Under the pieces are notes generated by a model, which was not told the origin of the DNA, searched no databases, and worked only from the letters and a program-made list of their open reading frames with translations. The translations under genes and the position numbers were made by a program. From positions 1 to 42,414 of IMG/VR virus record IMGVR_UViG_3300045988_068405: a stretch of DNA of 42,414 bases. The stretch is one strand, 5' to 3'. Below, in pieces: positions 15,096-23,907 of this stretch (the first letter of the stretch is position 1; each line of letters begins with the position of its first letter). The DNA is from a virus.

Positions 15096-15464
15096 ATGGC
15101 ACGACCAGTAAAACAGATTGATAGAAAGACTTTTGAAGGCTTGTGTGGACTACTCTGCACCAAAAAAGAAATATGCGCAGTGCTTGATGTAACAGATAAA
15201 ACATTAGACAATTGGTGCAAAAGGACATATAACTTGCCGTATATGGAAGTGTATCAGCAGAAAAGCTCAAACGGGAAGATCAGGCTGAGACGATATCAGC
15301 TACAGTTGGCAGAAAAAAGCGCAGCTATGGCAATTTGGCTTGGCAAGCAGTGGCTTGGACAGACTGATAAAGCAGTTGTGCAGGTGCAGGAACTAGAAAA
15401 AGATCCATTGTCACTTGCGCTTGAAGCACTTGAAAAGGATGATGATGCAAGTAGCGAAATTTAG
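15096..15464 (+). CDS. Terminase small subunit (putative)
   Basis: 122 aa from ATG 15096. HTH-like 'TKKEICAVLDVTDKTLDNWCK'. Immediately upstream of, and overlapping, terL. Confidence 0.55.
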   Translation: MARPVKQIDRKTFEGLCGLLCTKKEICAVLDVTDKTLDNWCKRTYNLPYMEVYQQKSSNGKIRLRRYQLQLAEKSAAMAIWLGKQWLGQTDKAVVQVQELEKDPLSLALEALEKDDDASSEI

Positions 15465-16716
15465 CAAAAAGCAGTTACAGGTTTTGGCATTTCCAAACAG
15501 CAGCTACGATGCGCTCATCTGTGATGGATCAGTGCGAAGCGGAAAGACTTCTGTAATGTCGGTGGCTTTCGTTCTCTGGGCGATGCGAGGATTCAACAAA
15601 CAAAATTTCGGTATCTGTTCCAAGACTGATAAAACGTGTCTGAGAAATGTCATTCGACCGCTTATGGCAATGGCTTACATGCAGACACACTTTTCCATGC
15701 AGCTGCATATAGCATCGGGTGATCTGGTTATCAGTGACGGAAAGCATACCAACACTTTTTACATTTATGGCGGCAAAGACGAGGCATCATATCAAAAGAT
15801 ACAGGGTGTTACTTTAGCAGGTGTATTTCTGGATGAGGTGGCATTAATGCCGAGATCATTTGTCGAACAGGCATTAGCACGTTGTTCAGTGAGTGGGCGA
15901 AAGTATTGGTTTAATTGCAACCCAGCAGGCCAAATGCACTGGTTTTATCAAAATTGGATATTAAAAGCCAAAGAGCATAACGCACTGCGATTGCATTTCT
16001 TGATGGACGACAACCCAGGTCTGTCTGAGGAGATCAAGAAAGGCTATGAGTCAACGTTTTCTGGCATTTTCTACGATCTCTACATTCTTGGCTTGTGGGT
16101 AACTGCCGAAGGTCTTGTATATGATATGTTTTCGGACGCTAATATTCTGGACGAAGAACCAGAAACCATAGGAGACTACTTTGTTTCATCCGACTTCGGC
16201 ATTCAGAATGCAACAACTTTTCTTTTGTGGCGCAGAATCGCAGGCACAGACGATTGGTTATGCCTCAGCGAGTATTATTACAGTGGACGAGAAGAACGCA
16301 AACAGAAGACTGTTGCGGAGCTTGTAGACGGACTCGTGCAGATGCTTGTAGAAAGGAACGCAGACCCAAAGCAAGTTATCATCGACCCTTCCGCAGCTGC
16401 ATTGAAAGTCGAAATAAGAAAGCGTGGCTTACATGCAAAGGATGCCGACAACGATGTGATAAACGGTATCGCTGATGTATCAAACCTTTTAGAGCGCAAG
16501 AGGCTTAAATTTATGCGCAGGTGCAAAAATACAATACAGGAGTTTGGTGTGTACGCTTGGAACGCAAAAGCCTTAGAGCGTGGAGAAGAAAAACCAGAGA
16601 AGGAAACCGACCACTGCATGGACGCTGTTAGATACTTCGCAAGAACAAAGAGAATTGCAGTTAAAACGCAAGCTGCATTAGATACCAAAATGCGGCAGGG
16701 AAATTATATGCTATAA
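15439..16716 (+). CDS. terL: Terminase large subunit
   Basis: Walker A 'CDGSVRSGKT', Walker B 'GVFLDEVA', and nuclease-domain 'DHCMDAVRY'. Start is one of the ATGs at 15439, 15442 or 15445. Confidence 0.9.
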   Translation: MMMQVAKFSKKQLQVLAFPNSSYDALICDGSVRSGKTSVMSVAFVLWAMRGFNKQNFGICSKTDKTCLRNVIRPLMAMAYMQTHFSMQLHIASGDLVISDGKHTNTFYIYGGKDEASYQKIQGVTLAGVFLDEVALMPRSFVEQALARCSVSGRKYWFNCNPAGQMHWFYQNWILKAKEHNALRLHFLMDDNPGLSEEIKKGYESTFSGIFYDLYILGLWVTAEGLVYDMFSDANILDEEPETIGDYFVSSDFGIQNATTFLLWRRIAGTDDWLCLSEYYYSGREERKQKTVAELVDGLVQMLVERNADPKQVIIDPSAAALKVEIRKRGLHAKDADNDVINGIADVSNLLERKRLKFMRRCKNTIQEFGVYAWNAKALERGEEKPEKETDHCMDAVRYFARTKRIAVKTQAALDTKMRQGNYML

Positions 16717-16726
16717 GGAGATTAGA

Positions 16727-18112
16727 TTGAAAACATATCAAGATTTAGTAAACGTTCCAGATGAGGGCAAGGGCGATTTCTGCGTAGAAGCTGTGGCAGA
16801 ATTTAGAGGGACGAAAGAGTATGCAGAAGCCAAAGACGGTGAGCGGTACTACAACAAGCACAACACAACAATAGAGCAATTCCAGAAGTTTTTATATACG
16901 GTAAGTGGTAAGCGAGTAAAAGATATTTTCTCAGCAAATTACAAGCTCAAAACACTCTTTTTCCGTAGATTGTGCCAACAGCAAGTGCAGTATGTACTAG
17001 GAAACGGCTTGAAGTTGGAGAAGCCAGAGAACAAAGAAAAGCTTGGGAAAGATTTTGATTTTAAGTTACAGCTTGCAGCGAAAAGAGCTATGGCAGGTGG
17101 TAGAGCGTTTGGCTTTTGGAACTTAGACCATCTGGAAGTATTCGGGTACGCTGATACACCATCGCAGCCAGGATTCTGCCCTCTGTACGATGAAGAGACT
17201 TCACAGTTGATGGCAGGAATTAGATATTGGTATCGCCAAATTGGTTTAGACGTTGTCTTCCACTGTACGCTGTATGAGCCAGACGGTTATACCGATTACA
17301 TTCAGACCAACAACGACCCAGTGAGGACGAAGGATGGAAAACATGGCTATATCAAGACAATCAAACGCACGGCTGTAGGAGTAGATGAGGAAATTGAAAG
17401 CAACTACTCAGGGTTGCCGATCATCCCACTATATGCCAACGACTCACATGAGAGCGAATTGGTAGGCATCAAAGAGAGCATAGATTGCTACGATTATATC
17501 AAGAGTGGGCTTGCAAATGATATTGATGATACCGCAGGATTCTACTGGGTACTAAAAAACGAGGGAGGTATGGACGATCCAGACCTTGCAAAATTCATCC
17601 AGCGCATGAAGTCCGTAAGGGCGTCAGCAGTTGAGGATGGAACAGAAGTAGAAGCACATACACTAGAGGTTCCAACAGAAGCAAGAAATACCATGTTGGA
17701 AATCCTCAGACGTGATATATACGAGGACTTCCAAACTCTGGACGTATCCACGCTCTCAGCGGCTGCAAAGACTACGCAAGAGATTCAAGCGGCTTATCAG
17801 TCACAGGATAACAAGTGTGCGGATTTTGAGTATTACATATTGGATTTTGTTCAAAGCATTCTTGAACTTGCAGGAATCAGTGACAACCCAACACTTACTT
17901 GGAACAGAGTTGTAAACCAAAACGAGCAAACAAACATGGTATTATCAGCCGCAAACTACCTTTCCGATGAATGCGTGATTCAGCATCTGCCATTCCTCAC
18001 ACCAGAAGAGGCAATGGCAGAAATTGAAAAACGGCAGGATGAAGAAATTAAAAGATTTTCAGCAGACGATGAAGAGGAAGAGGAAGAACAGGAAGGGACT
18101 GATACTAAGTGA
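16727..18112 (+). CDS. Portal protein (SPP1 gp6-like)
   Basis: 461 aa with a TTG start. Follows terL and precedes the MuF-like gene. Acidic C-terminal tail. Confidence 0.8.
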   Translation: MKTYQDLVNVPDEGKGDFCVEAVAEFRGTKEYAEAKDGERYYNKHNTTIEQFQKFLYTVSGKRVKDIFSANYKLKTLFFRRLCQQQVQYVLGNGLKLEKPENKEKLGKDFDFKLQLAAKRAMAGGRAFGFWNLDHLEVFGYADTPSQPGFCPLYDEETSQLMAGIRYWYRQIGLDVVFHCTLYEPDGYTDYIQTNNDPVRTKDGKHGYIKTIKRTAVGVDEEIESNYSGLPIIPLYANDSHESELVGIKESIDCYDYIKSGLANDIDDTAGFYWVLKNEGGMDDPDLAKFIQRMKSVRASAVEDGTEVEAHTLEVPTEARNTMLEILRRDIYEDFQTLDVSTLSAAAKTTQEIQAAYQSQDNKCADFEYYILDFVQSILELAGISDNPTLTWNRVVNQNEQTNMVLSAANYLSDECVIQHLPFLTPEEAMAEIEKRQDEEIKRFSADDEEEEEEQEGTDTK

Positions 18113-19035
18113 GTAGTTACTCCGACAAATACACAGAAAAAAGGCTGAGAGAGGTAGAAAAGCGGCTACAACAGGTATATCAGGAAGCACACAAAGAGCT
18201 GAAAGAAAAGGCTACGGAGTACTTTAAGACGTTCCAATCACGCTACCTGAAAGAGTATAACGCATACATGGAAGGGAAATATACAGATGCAGAGTTCTTC
18301 CAGTGGGTCAGCAATCAGGTAGCACGAGGGGCAAGGTGGGAAGCTCTGAGAGATCAGATGGCAAGGCGACTTACTGATGCAAACAAACTGGCGGCTGACT
18401 ATATCAATAACGTTACCCCTGAGGTGTTCCGCGAAAACTACAACTACTCAGCCTATGAGATTGAGAAGGGAAGCGGCATAAGCTTTGATCTTCTGGATGA
18501 GGACACAATCAGGAGGCTGTCTGAGGGTGAGATTGAGCTGTTACCACCTGCAAGAGTAGATATCCCAAAGGATGAGCGATGGAATCGCCAAAAGGTGCAG
18601 AATGCAGTGCTGCAAGGTATCTTACAAGGGGATGCGGTGGGCGATTTAGCAAAACGGCTGGAAAACGTAACCAACATGAACCGCAGCGCAGCTATCAGAA
18701 CTGCAAGGACGATGATAACAGGCGCACAGAATGGTGGGCGGCAAGAAAGCTATAACCGTGCCTCTGCCATAGGGATTGAAATACAGAAAGAATGGATGTC
18801 GGCAAACGATAACCGAGTGAGAAATTCACACAGGCAATTAAACGGAGTAAGGGTGAGGTATGATGAACCATTCCCAAACGGCTGTATGTACCCTGCTGAC
18901 CCTAAAGGCAAGCCGTGCGAGGTATACAACTGCCGCTGTACTATGGTAGCAATCACAATACACGCAGATCAGACGAGAAGAAACGATCACAGCGTAAAAA
19001 GTTATAAAGAATGGAGACAGAGACATGGGAAGTAG
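18109..19035 (+). CDS. Head morphogenesis protein (Mu F / SPP1 gp7 family)
   Basis: 308 aa; 'NRVRNSHRQLNG...DEPF...EVYNCRCT' is the family signature. Confidence 0.8.
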   Translation: MSSYSDKYTEKRLREVEKRLQQVYQEAHKELKEKATEYFKTFQSRYLKEYNAYMEGKYTDAEFFQWVSNQVARGARWEALRDQMARRLTDANKLAADYINNVTPEVFRENYNYSAYEIEKGSGISFDLLDEDTIRRLSEGEIELLPPARVDIPKDERWNRQKVQNAVLQGILQGDAVGDLAKRLENVTNMNRSAAIRTARTMITGAQNGGRQESYNRASAIGIEIQKEWMSANDNRVRNSHRQLNGVRVRYDEPFPNGCMYPADPKGKPCEVYNCRCTMVAITIHADQTRRNDHSVKSYKEWRQRHGK

Positions 19036-19426
19036 CATAAGAATTGAAATTGATAATACTGATGCTGTTATCCGTGCCAGTCGCGATCAGATCAAAAAAG
19101 CACTAGAGGAGTGTGGACTGACAACGGAACGATATGCCAAGGAGAAATGTCCAGTAGACACTGGAAACCTACGCAATAGCATCACGCACCAGATGGACGG
19201 AGATAACAAGGTACTGATAGGTTCTAATGTAGAATATGCACCGTATGTTGAGTTAGGCACTGGAAAGTATGCTGACGGGGGTAGAAAAACCTCGTGGGTA
19301 TACGAGGATAGCAAGGGCAACTGGCACATGACGAATGGACAGAAAGCGCGACCATATCTAAAACCTGCGCTTGCAAATCATACAGATGAGTATGCGAAGA
19401 TCATACGAGAGAATTTGGAGAGCTGA
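19025..19426 (+). CDS. HK97 gp10-family protein
   Basis: 133 aa; 'KCPVDTGNLRNSITHQ...IGSNVEYAPYVELGT'. Confidence 0.7.
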   Translation: MGSSIRIEIDNTDAVIRASRDQIKKALEECGLTTERYAKEKCPVDTGNLRNSITHQMDGDNKVLIGSNVEYAPYVELGTGKYADGGRKTSWVYEDSKGNWHMTNGQKARPYLKPALANHTDEYAKIIRENLES

Positions 19427-19441
19427 GAAGCTCTCCTTTTT
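19417..19441 (+). terminator. Intrinsic terminator inside the morphogenesis region
   Basis: Perfect 8-bp stem GGAGAGCT/AGCTCTCC (19417-19424/19429-19436), loop GAGA, then TTTTT. Overlaps the stop codon of the gp10-like gene. Confidence 0.7.
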
Positions 19442-19459
19442 ACTTGAAATAGTTTTTTT

Positions 19460-19495
19460 GATTGATACAACAGCAATCAAAAAGTGGAATATGCT
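19460..19495 (+). promoter_or_regulatory. Late-element copy 2: GATTGATACAACAGCAATCAAAA plus -10-like TATGCT
   Basis: 22/23 identical to 13718-13740. Here the inverted repeat extends to TTTGATTG/CAATCAAA. A TAnnnT hexamer sits at the same offset (19490-19495). Located 75 nt upstream of the scaffold gene. Confidence 0.55.
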
Positions 19496-19569
19496 TATGA
19501 TAGCTGCACAGCATAGCAGATACGGCTATAGGGCAAGCAAGCCCACCAAAGCAAAGGAGATATAGCAAA

Positions 19570-20157
19570 ATGGCATTAAAAAAATCAGATTTTAGAGAGA
19601 TCATTAAAAACCAAAACGCAACCGATGAGGAGAAAATTTCTGAGATCCTTGAGCTAGCACACGCTGAGGTAGACGCGATCAAGACCGAGCGTGACACCTT
19701 AAAGACTCAGCTTGCCGAAGCTCAGAAGGGCAACAGCGACAAGGAAAACGAGTGGAAAACCAAGTATGAGTCCGAGCATGATGCTTTTGAAAAGTATAAG
19801 AGCGATCAGGCACAGGCGGCAGAGCTTACAGCGAAAGAAAACGCTTACAAGCAGTTGCTTACTGATGCAGGAGTTTCCAATAAGTTGGTTGATCTGGTAG
19901 TAAGGGCGAGCACAAAGCAGATTTCCGATATCAAGCTCAAAGATGGCAAGATTGAAGGAGCTGACGAGCTTACGAAGTCCATCAAGACAGAATACAAAGA
20001 TTACATCGTGGATACGCAGAAGAAGGGGGCAAACCTTCCGAACCCACCGAAAAACGATGAGTCGAGCAGTTTTGAAAAGATGAGTCTTGGGGAAAAGATG
20101 GAGTATGCAAATGAGCACCCAGACGCACCAGAAGTTAAGACATGGCTCTCTAAGTAA
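19570..20157 (+). CDS. Scaffolding protein (GP20-like)
   Basis: 195 aa, acidic, with coiled-coil character. Directly upstream of the major capsid gene. Confidence 0.65.
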   Translation: MALKKSDFREIIKNQNATDEEKISEILELAHAEVDAIKTERDTLKTQLAEAQKGNSDKENEWKTKYESEHDAFEKYKSDQAQAAELTAKENAYKQLLTDAGVSNKLVDLVVRASTKQISDIKLKDGKIEGADELTKSIKTEYKDYIVDTQKKGANLPNPPKNDESSSFEKMSLGEKMEYANEHPDAPEVKTWLSK

Positions 20158-20168
20158 AGGAGTAATAC

Positions 20169-21191
20169 ATGGCAGTATTTGATAACAAACACTTTAATAG
20201 TGAGGTATTTGGAAAATACCTCGAAACCGTACCGAGAATTAAGCAGAACGCTTTTTTAAGAGCAGGTATTTTTAACGTTAGAGACGAGCTTAAAACATTA
20301 CTTGCAGATCAGACAGGCGGCAACTACGTTGTATTGCCCATGGTTGGCTTAATTGGCGGTGATGCTCAAAACTACGATGGCAAAACTACGATTACACCTA
20401 ATAGTATTGATAGCTATATGCAGGGTATTGTAGCTTATGGTAGAGCTAATTCGTGGGGAGAGAAGGACTTTACTAGAGATATCACGGGACATGATTTTAT
20501 GGTAGATATTGCAAAGCAGGTATCTGGCTACTGGGATGATAACCTACAGCTTAATATCTTAGCTGTCCTTGAAGGTATTTTTGGCATGACAGAAACGGAC
20601 GATGCCAAGTTTGTTGAAGCACACACACTTGACATCACTGAGGCAGGTGAAAAGACTGTGGGTGTAACCACACTTAATAATGCTATCCAGAAAGCAGCAG
20701 GTGCAAACAAGAATATTTTTTCGCTTGTGATTGCGCATTCTCAGGTAGCTACTAATCTTGAGAACTTGCAGGTATTACAGTACGGCAAGGGTGTAGATGC
20801 AAACGGAGTTGAAAAAGATCTGACACTTGCTACATGGAACGGCAGAACCGTACTAATTGATGATGATGCTCCGTTTGACTCTGATACAGGCGCATACACA
20901 ACTTATATTTTAGGGCGAGGTGCATTTGATTATTGCGATATTGGCGCAGCAGTGCCAAATGAAACAACTCGTGACCCGTTTAAGTACGGTGGACAGGATT
21001 TTTTGATCTCCCGTCAGCGCAAGGCAATTGCTCCGAGAGGAATCACTTATAAACAGCCTACAACCCAAACTTCTCCAATGCCAGCTGATTTCAAAACAGC
21101 TTCGAACTGGACACTCGTTGAAAACGCAGAAAAAACTCAGAAGATTGATCACAAGGCAATTCCGATTGCTTGTATCAAGTCTTTAGGCTAA
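20169..21191 (+). CDS. Major capsid protein
   Basis: 340 aa with RBS AAGGAG. Position after the scaffold gene and typical size. Confidence 0.75.
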   Translation: MAVFDNKHFNSEVFGKYLETVPRIKQNAFLRAGIFNVRDELKTLLADQTGGNYVVLPMVGLIGGDAQNYDGKTTITPNSIDSYMQGIVAYGRANSWGEKDFTRDITGHDFMVDIAKQVSGYWDDNLQLNILAVLEGIFGMTETDDAKFVEAHTLDITEAGEKTVGVTTLNNAIQKAAGANKNIFSLVIAHSQVATNLENLQVLQYGKGVDANGVEKDLTLATWNGRTVLIDDDAPFDSDTGAYTTYILGRGAFDYCDIGAAVPNETTRDPFKYGGQDFLISRQRKAIAPRGITYKQPTTQTSPMPADFKTASNWTLVENAEKTQKIDHKAIPIACIKSLG

Positions 21192-21205
21192 GGAGGGACA
21201 GGTTA

Positions 21206-21637
21206 ATGCTGTATCTGGTATTAAAACACCTTCGCAATTTTTTTGTGGTTGATCACAGAGAAAATACATACACCATCAAGGGAAACGAGATCACTTGCGT
21301 AGGTAGTGATGGGGTACAGCATTCTATCGACTTCCTACAGCAAGGACAATACTTTCTGGTAGAGGGGTCAGTATTTAACGATGGTGTATATCAATTCCCT
21401 TGTGAGCGTGTAAATGAGACGTTCACGGGGGCGATATCAGCCCTAGCAATCCCACAAGAGGTTGTTGAGCTGAGCCGTGATATTGCAGCATGGCAAGAAA
21501 AGTACGGTGATCCTACACCGTATATGTCAGAATCTTTTGGCGGTTACAGCTACACCAAAGCTACGCAAGGGAATACCGGTACTGCAACGTGGCAGGAAGC
21601 TTTTAGAAGTCGCCTAAACACATGGAGGAAGATATGA
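21206..21637 (+). CDS. Head-tail connector/adaptor protein (putative)
   Basis: 143 aa from ATG 21206 (RBS AAGGAGGG). 'LVLKHLRNFF' N-terminus and 'FGGYSYTK...WQEAFRSRLNTWRK'. First gene after the capsid gene. Confidence 0.5.
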   Translation: MLYLVLKHLRNFFVVDHRENTYTIKGNEITCVGSDGVQHSIDFLQQGQYFLVEGSVFNDGVYQFPCERVNETFTGAISALAIPQEVVELSRDIAAWQEKYGDPTPYMSESFGGYSYTKATQGNTGTATWQEAFRSRLNTWRKI

Positions 21638-21984
21638 AACTTGTAGAAAATATGATGGAAGATTGCAGGCTGATTGAGAAAAAGCGTGTGCCAGATGGCG
21701 CAGGAGGCTTTCAGACTACATGGGTAGAAGGGGCAGGCTTTCAGGCGGCTATTAGCCGTGATACATCCCTAGATGCTCGTGTCGCTGAGAAATCAGGGGT
21801 AACAAGCGTTTTTACAATTACGACTCATAGATCATGTCAGCTTGCATATCATGACGTTTTCAAGCGGCTTTCGGACGGCAAGACCTTCCGCGTAACCTCT
21901 GATGCAGGAGACAAGGTATCACCGCAGGTATCGGGATTAGATATAGCGCAGGTGACAGCAGAAAAATGGGAGTTAACGACATGA
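21634..21984 (+). CDS. Head closure / head-tail adaptor (SPP1 gp16-like, putative)
   Basis: 116 aa with ATGA coupling; 'RVPDGAGGFQTTWVEGAGFQAAI'. Confidence 0.55.
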   Translation: MKLVENMMEDCRLIEKKRVPDGAGGFQTTWVEGAGFQAAISRDTSLDARVAEKSGVTSVFTITTHRSCQLAYHDVFKRLSDGKTFRVTSDAGDKVSPQVSGLDIAQVTAEKWELTT

Positions 21985-22337
21985 TGGATCAGGTAAACGT
22001 AATGGGTTGCAATTACAAAATCATCAGAGTAAGCCGCGACCAATATAAGACATGTGAGGGCACTGATGGATGGTGCGATTTCTTTGGAAAGAAAATTTAC
22101 TATGTAGACCCTGAGACAGATCCCGACAACGATCCAATTGCAACATCGCCAGAGGAACTAGTAAAGCAGGTTTTAAGGCACGAGATTGTTCATGCTTTCC
22201 TCGCAGAGTCAGGGCTTGCTTTTAGCTCACACAGCATTGTCGGTGCATGGGCGATGAATGAAGAAATGGTGGACTGGATTGCATGGAACGGTGACAAACT
22301 GCATAAGGCATGGAAGGAGACAGGATTAGTTGAGTAA
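21981..22337 (+). CDS. Small HExxH metallopeptidase-motif protein
   Basis: 118 aa with ATGA coupling; 'VLRHEIVHAFLAESG' carries an HExxH motif, and a Cys-containing N-terminal half precedes it. Confidence 0.55.
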   Translation: MMDQVNVMGCNYKIIRVSRDQYKTCEGTDGWCDFFGKKIYYVDPETDPDNDPIATSPEELVKQVLRHEIVHAFLAESGLAFSSHSIVGAWAMNEEMVDWIAWNGDKLHKAWKETGLVE

Positions 22338-22695
22338 AGATAAGGCACTACAGGCATGGTTTACGGCTTTTGGCATGACGGCTTATCCTTCCACATCTGT
22401 TCCCGACGACACAGTTTTCCCGTGGCTGACCTATGAGTATATCACAGGCAGCTTCGGGGATTCGGACGTGGCTATAGTAGTCAATATGTGGTTTTGGACG
22501 GAATCGGAGTCAATCCCCAACCAAAAAGCCGAGGAATTTAGAAAATATATCTTAGAACATGATTTGATTGAGTGTGACGAGGGCTTGATCTGGGTAAAAA
22601 CTGGTGTTCCGTGGTGTCAGTCCCTCACGGACGAGACATCACCGACAGTAAAACGCAGATACATGAACGTCACACTCGAATATTTAACGAGGTAA
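22330..22695 (+). CDS. Tail completion/terminator-like protein (putative)
   Basis: 121 aa with a TTG start. Position immediately before the major tail protein. Confidence 0.4.
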   Translation: MSKDKALQAWFTAFGMTAYPSTSVPDDTVFPWLTYEYITGSFGDSDVAIVVNMWFWTESESIPNQKAEEFRKYILEHDLIECDEGLIWVKTGVPWCQSLTDETSPTVKRRYMNVTLEYLTR

Positions 22696-22700
22696 TCAAA

Positions 22701-23267
22701 ATGGGAAAAGCAGCAACAAAATTGCCAGATAAAGTATTTGAGCATATCCAAATGAATGCAGGCATTTTAATGTCTGAGTTTGACCCTCAGACGTGGACAA
22801 TTACTGCAACAAATATTATCGGTGCAACTTCTGGCGGCATCAACTTCTCCGATACTCCATCTTTTACGGATTATGGCGAAGATATTGATAACTGCCCGAA
22901 GAACACCAAGGAGCTGAAAGAGCTTGATAGCCGAGAAATCAAGGTATCAGGCACTTACGTAGCAGTAACAGCAGAACAGATTAAGAATCTTGCGGCAGCA
23001 GCAGACATTGACACATCAAAGGCAACGATCACCCCTCGTACAACACTTACAGATGCAGATTTTGCAGATATCTGGTTTGTGGGTGATTACGGCAAGGGCG
23101 GATTTATCGCGATCAACATTAAGAATGCACTTTCAACGGGCGGTTTTAACTTGCAGACCACCGACAAGGCAAAGGGTACTTTTACCTTTGAGTATACCGC
23201 ACACTATAGCCTTGAGAATCCAGACGAAGTGCCATACAAAGTATACGTTAAGGCAGGTGGCGAGTGA
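22701..23267 (+). CDS. Major tail protein
   Basis: 188 aa from ATG 22701 (RBS GAGG). Precedes the chaperone pair and the tape measure gene. Confidence 0.7.
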   Translation: MGKAATKLPDKVFEHIQMNAGILMSEFDPQTWTITATNIIGATSGGINFSDTPSFTDYGEDIDNCPKNTKELKELDSREIKVSGTYVAVTAEQIKNLAAAADIDTSKATITPRTTLTDADFADIWFVGDYGKGGFIAINIKNALSTGGFNLQTTDKAKGTFTFEYTAHYSLENPDEVPYKVYVKAGGE

Positions 23268-23602
23268 TGAAATTATCAGATATCAAAGGCGATCAGGTAC
23301 TTGATGTACTTGCAGAAGTAATTGTTCCAGTAACCAATATTGCAATGGATGAAGCAGCAGCGGCAATTTTTAAAAAGGCAGAGCTTCCAGAGGGCGAAAG
23401 CAGAACTACTTTTGCATTGAAACGCATTCAGAAAAATATTCCTGCGCTCATCAAGGGGCATAAGGACGATTTAATTAAAATCATGGCTATTATCTCACAG
23501 CAGACCGAGGACGAGTACAAGCAGGGGTTGAGCATGGCATCGTTTATTCACGATCTTGCTGACCTAATGTCAGACGAGGAATTCGTAAAGCTTTTTACCT
23601 GA
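23264..23602 (+). CDS. Tail assembly chaperone (gpG-like)
   Basis: 112 aa, acidic. Lies between the major tail protein and tape measure genes. The T-run CTTTTTA (23591-23597) sits just before the stop. Confidence 0.7.
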   Translation: MMKLSDIKGDQVLDVLAEVIVPVTNIAMDEAAAAIFKKAELPEGESRTTFALKRIQKNIPALIKGHKDDLIKIMAIISQQTEDEYKQGLSMASFIHDLADLMSDEEFVKLFT

Positions 23603-23907
23603 GCGCAGACGAGGAGACGCGGAGAGTGCTTTACCTCTGCATAGGAGATTACAGAGGGCGAACACTAGCAGGTTTTTTCGCATATGTGCAAGGCAGACAT
23701 GCACAGTACGTAGAAAACTTGCTTTATCGCGTTTATGTGACGGATGCGCTGCAAAAAATCTGTGAAAACACTGCTAACTTTGCAGGCGGGCACATCATGA
23801 AGCAACGATATTATGATGCGGCATATGGAAAGCCGAAAAAAGAAGAAGATGCAGAAGAGATCATAACAAAAATTATTAAAGCGGCAGGACTGGAGGTGAG
23901 GCTGTGA
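23563..23907 (+). CDS. Tail assembly chaperone extension (gpT-like), reached by -1 frameshift
   Basis: The -1 frame is open from 23563 and contains the listed ORF 23626..23907. It overlaps the last 40 nt of the gpG-like gene. Confidence 0.6.
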   Translation, partial: PNVRRGIRKAFYLSADEETRRVLYLCIGDYRGRTLAGFFAYVQGRHAQYVENLLYRVYVTDALQKICENTANFAGGHIMKQRYYDAAYGKPKKEEDAEEIITKIIKAAGLEVRL

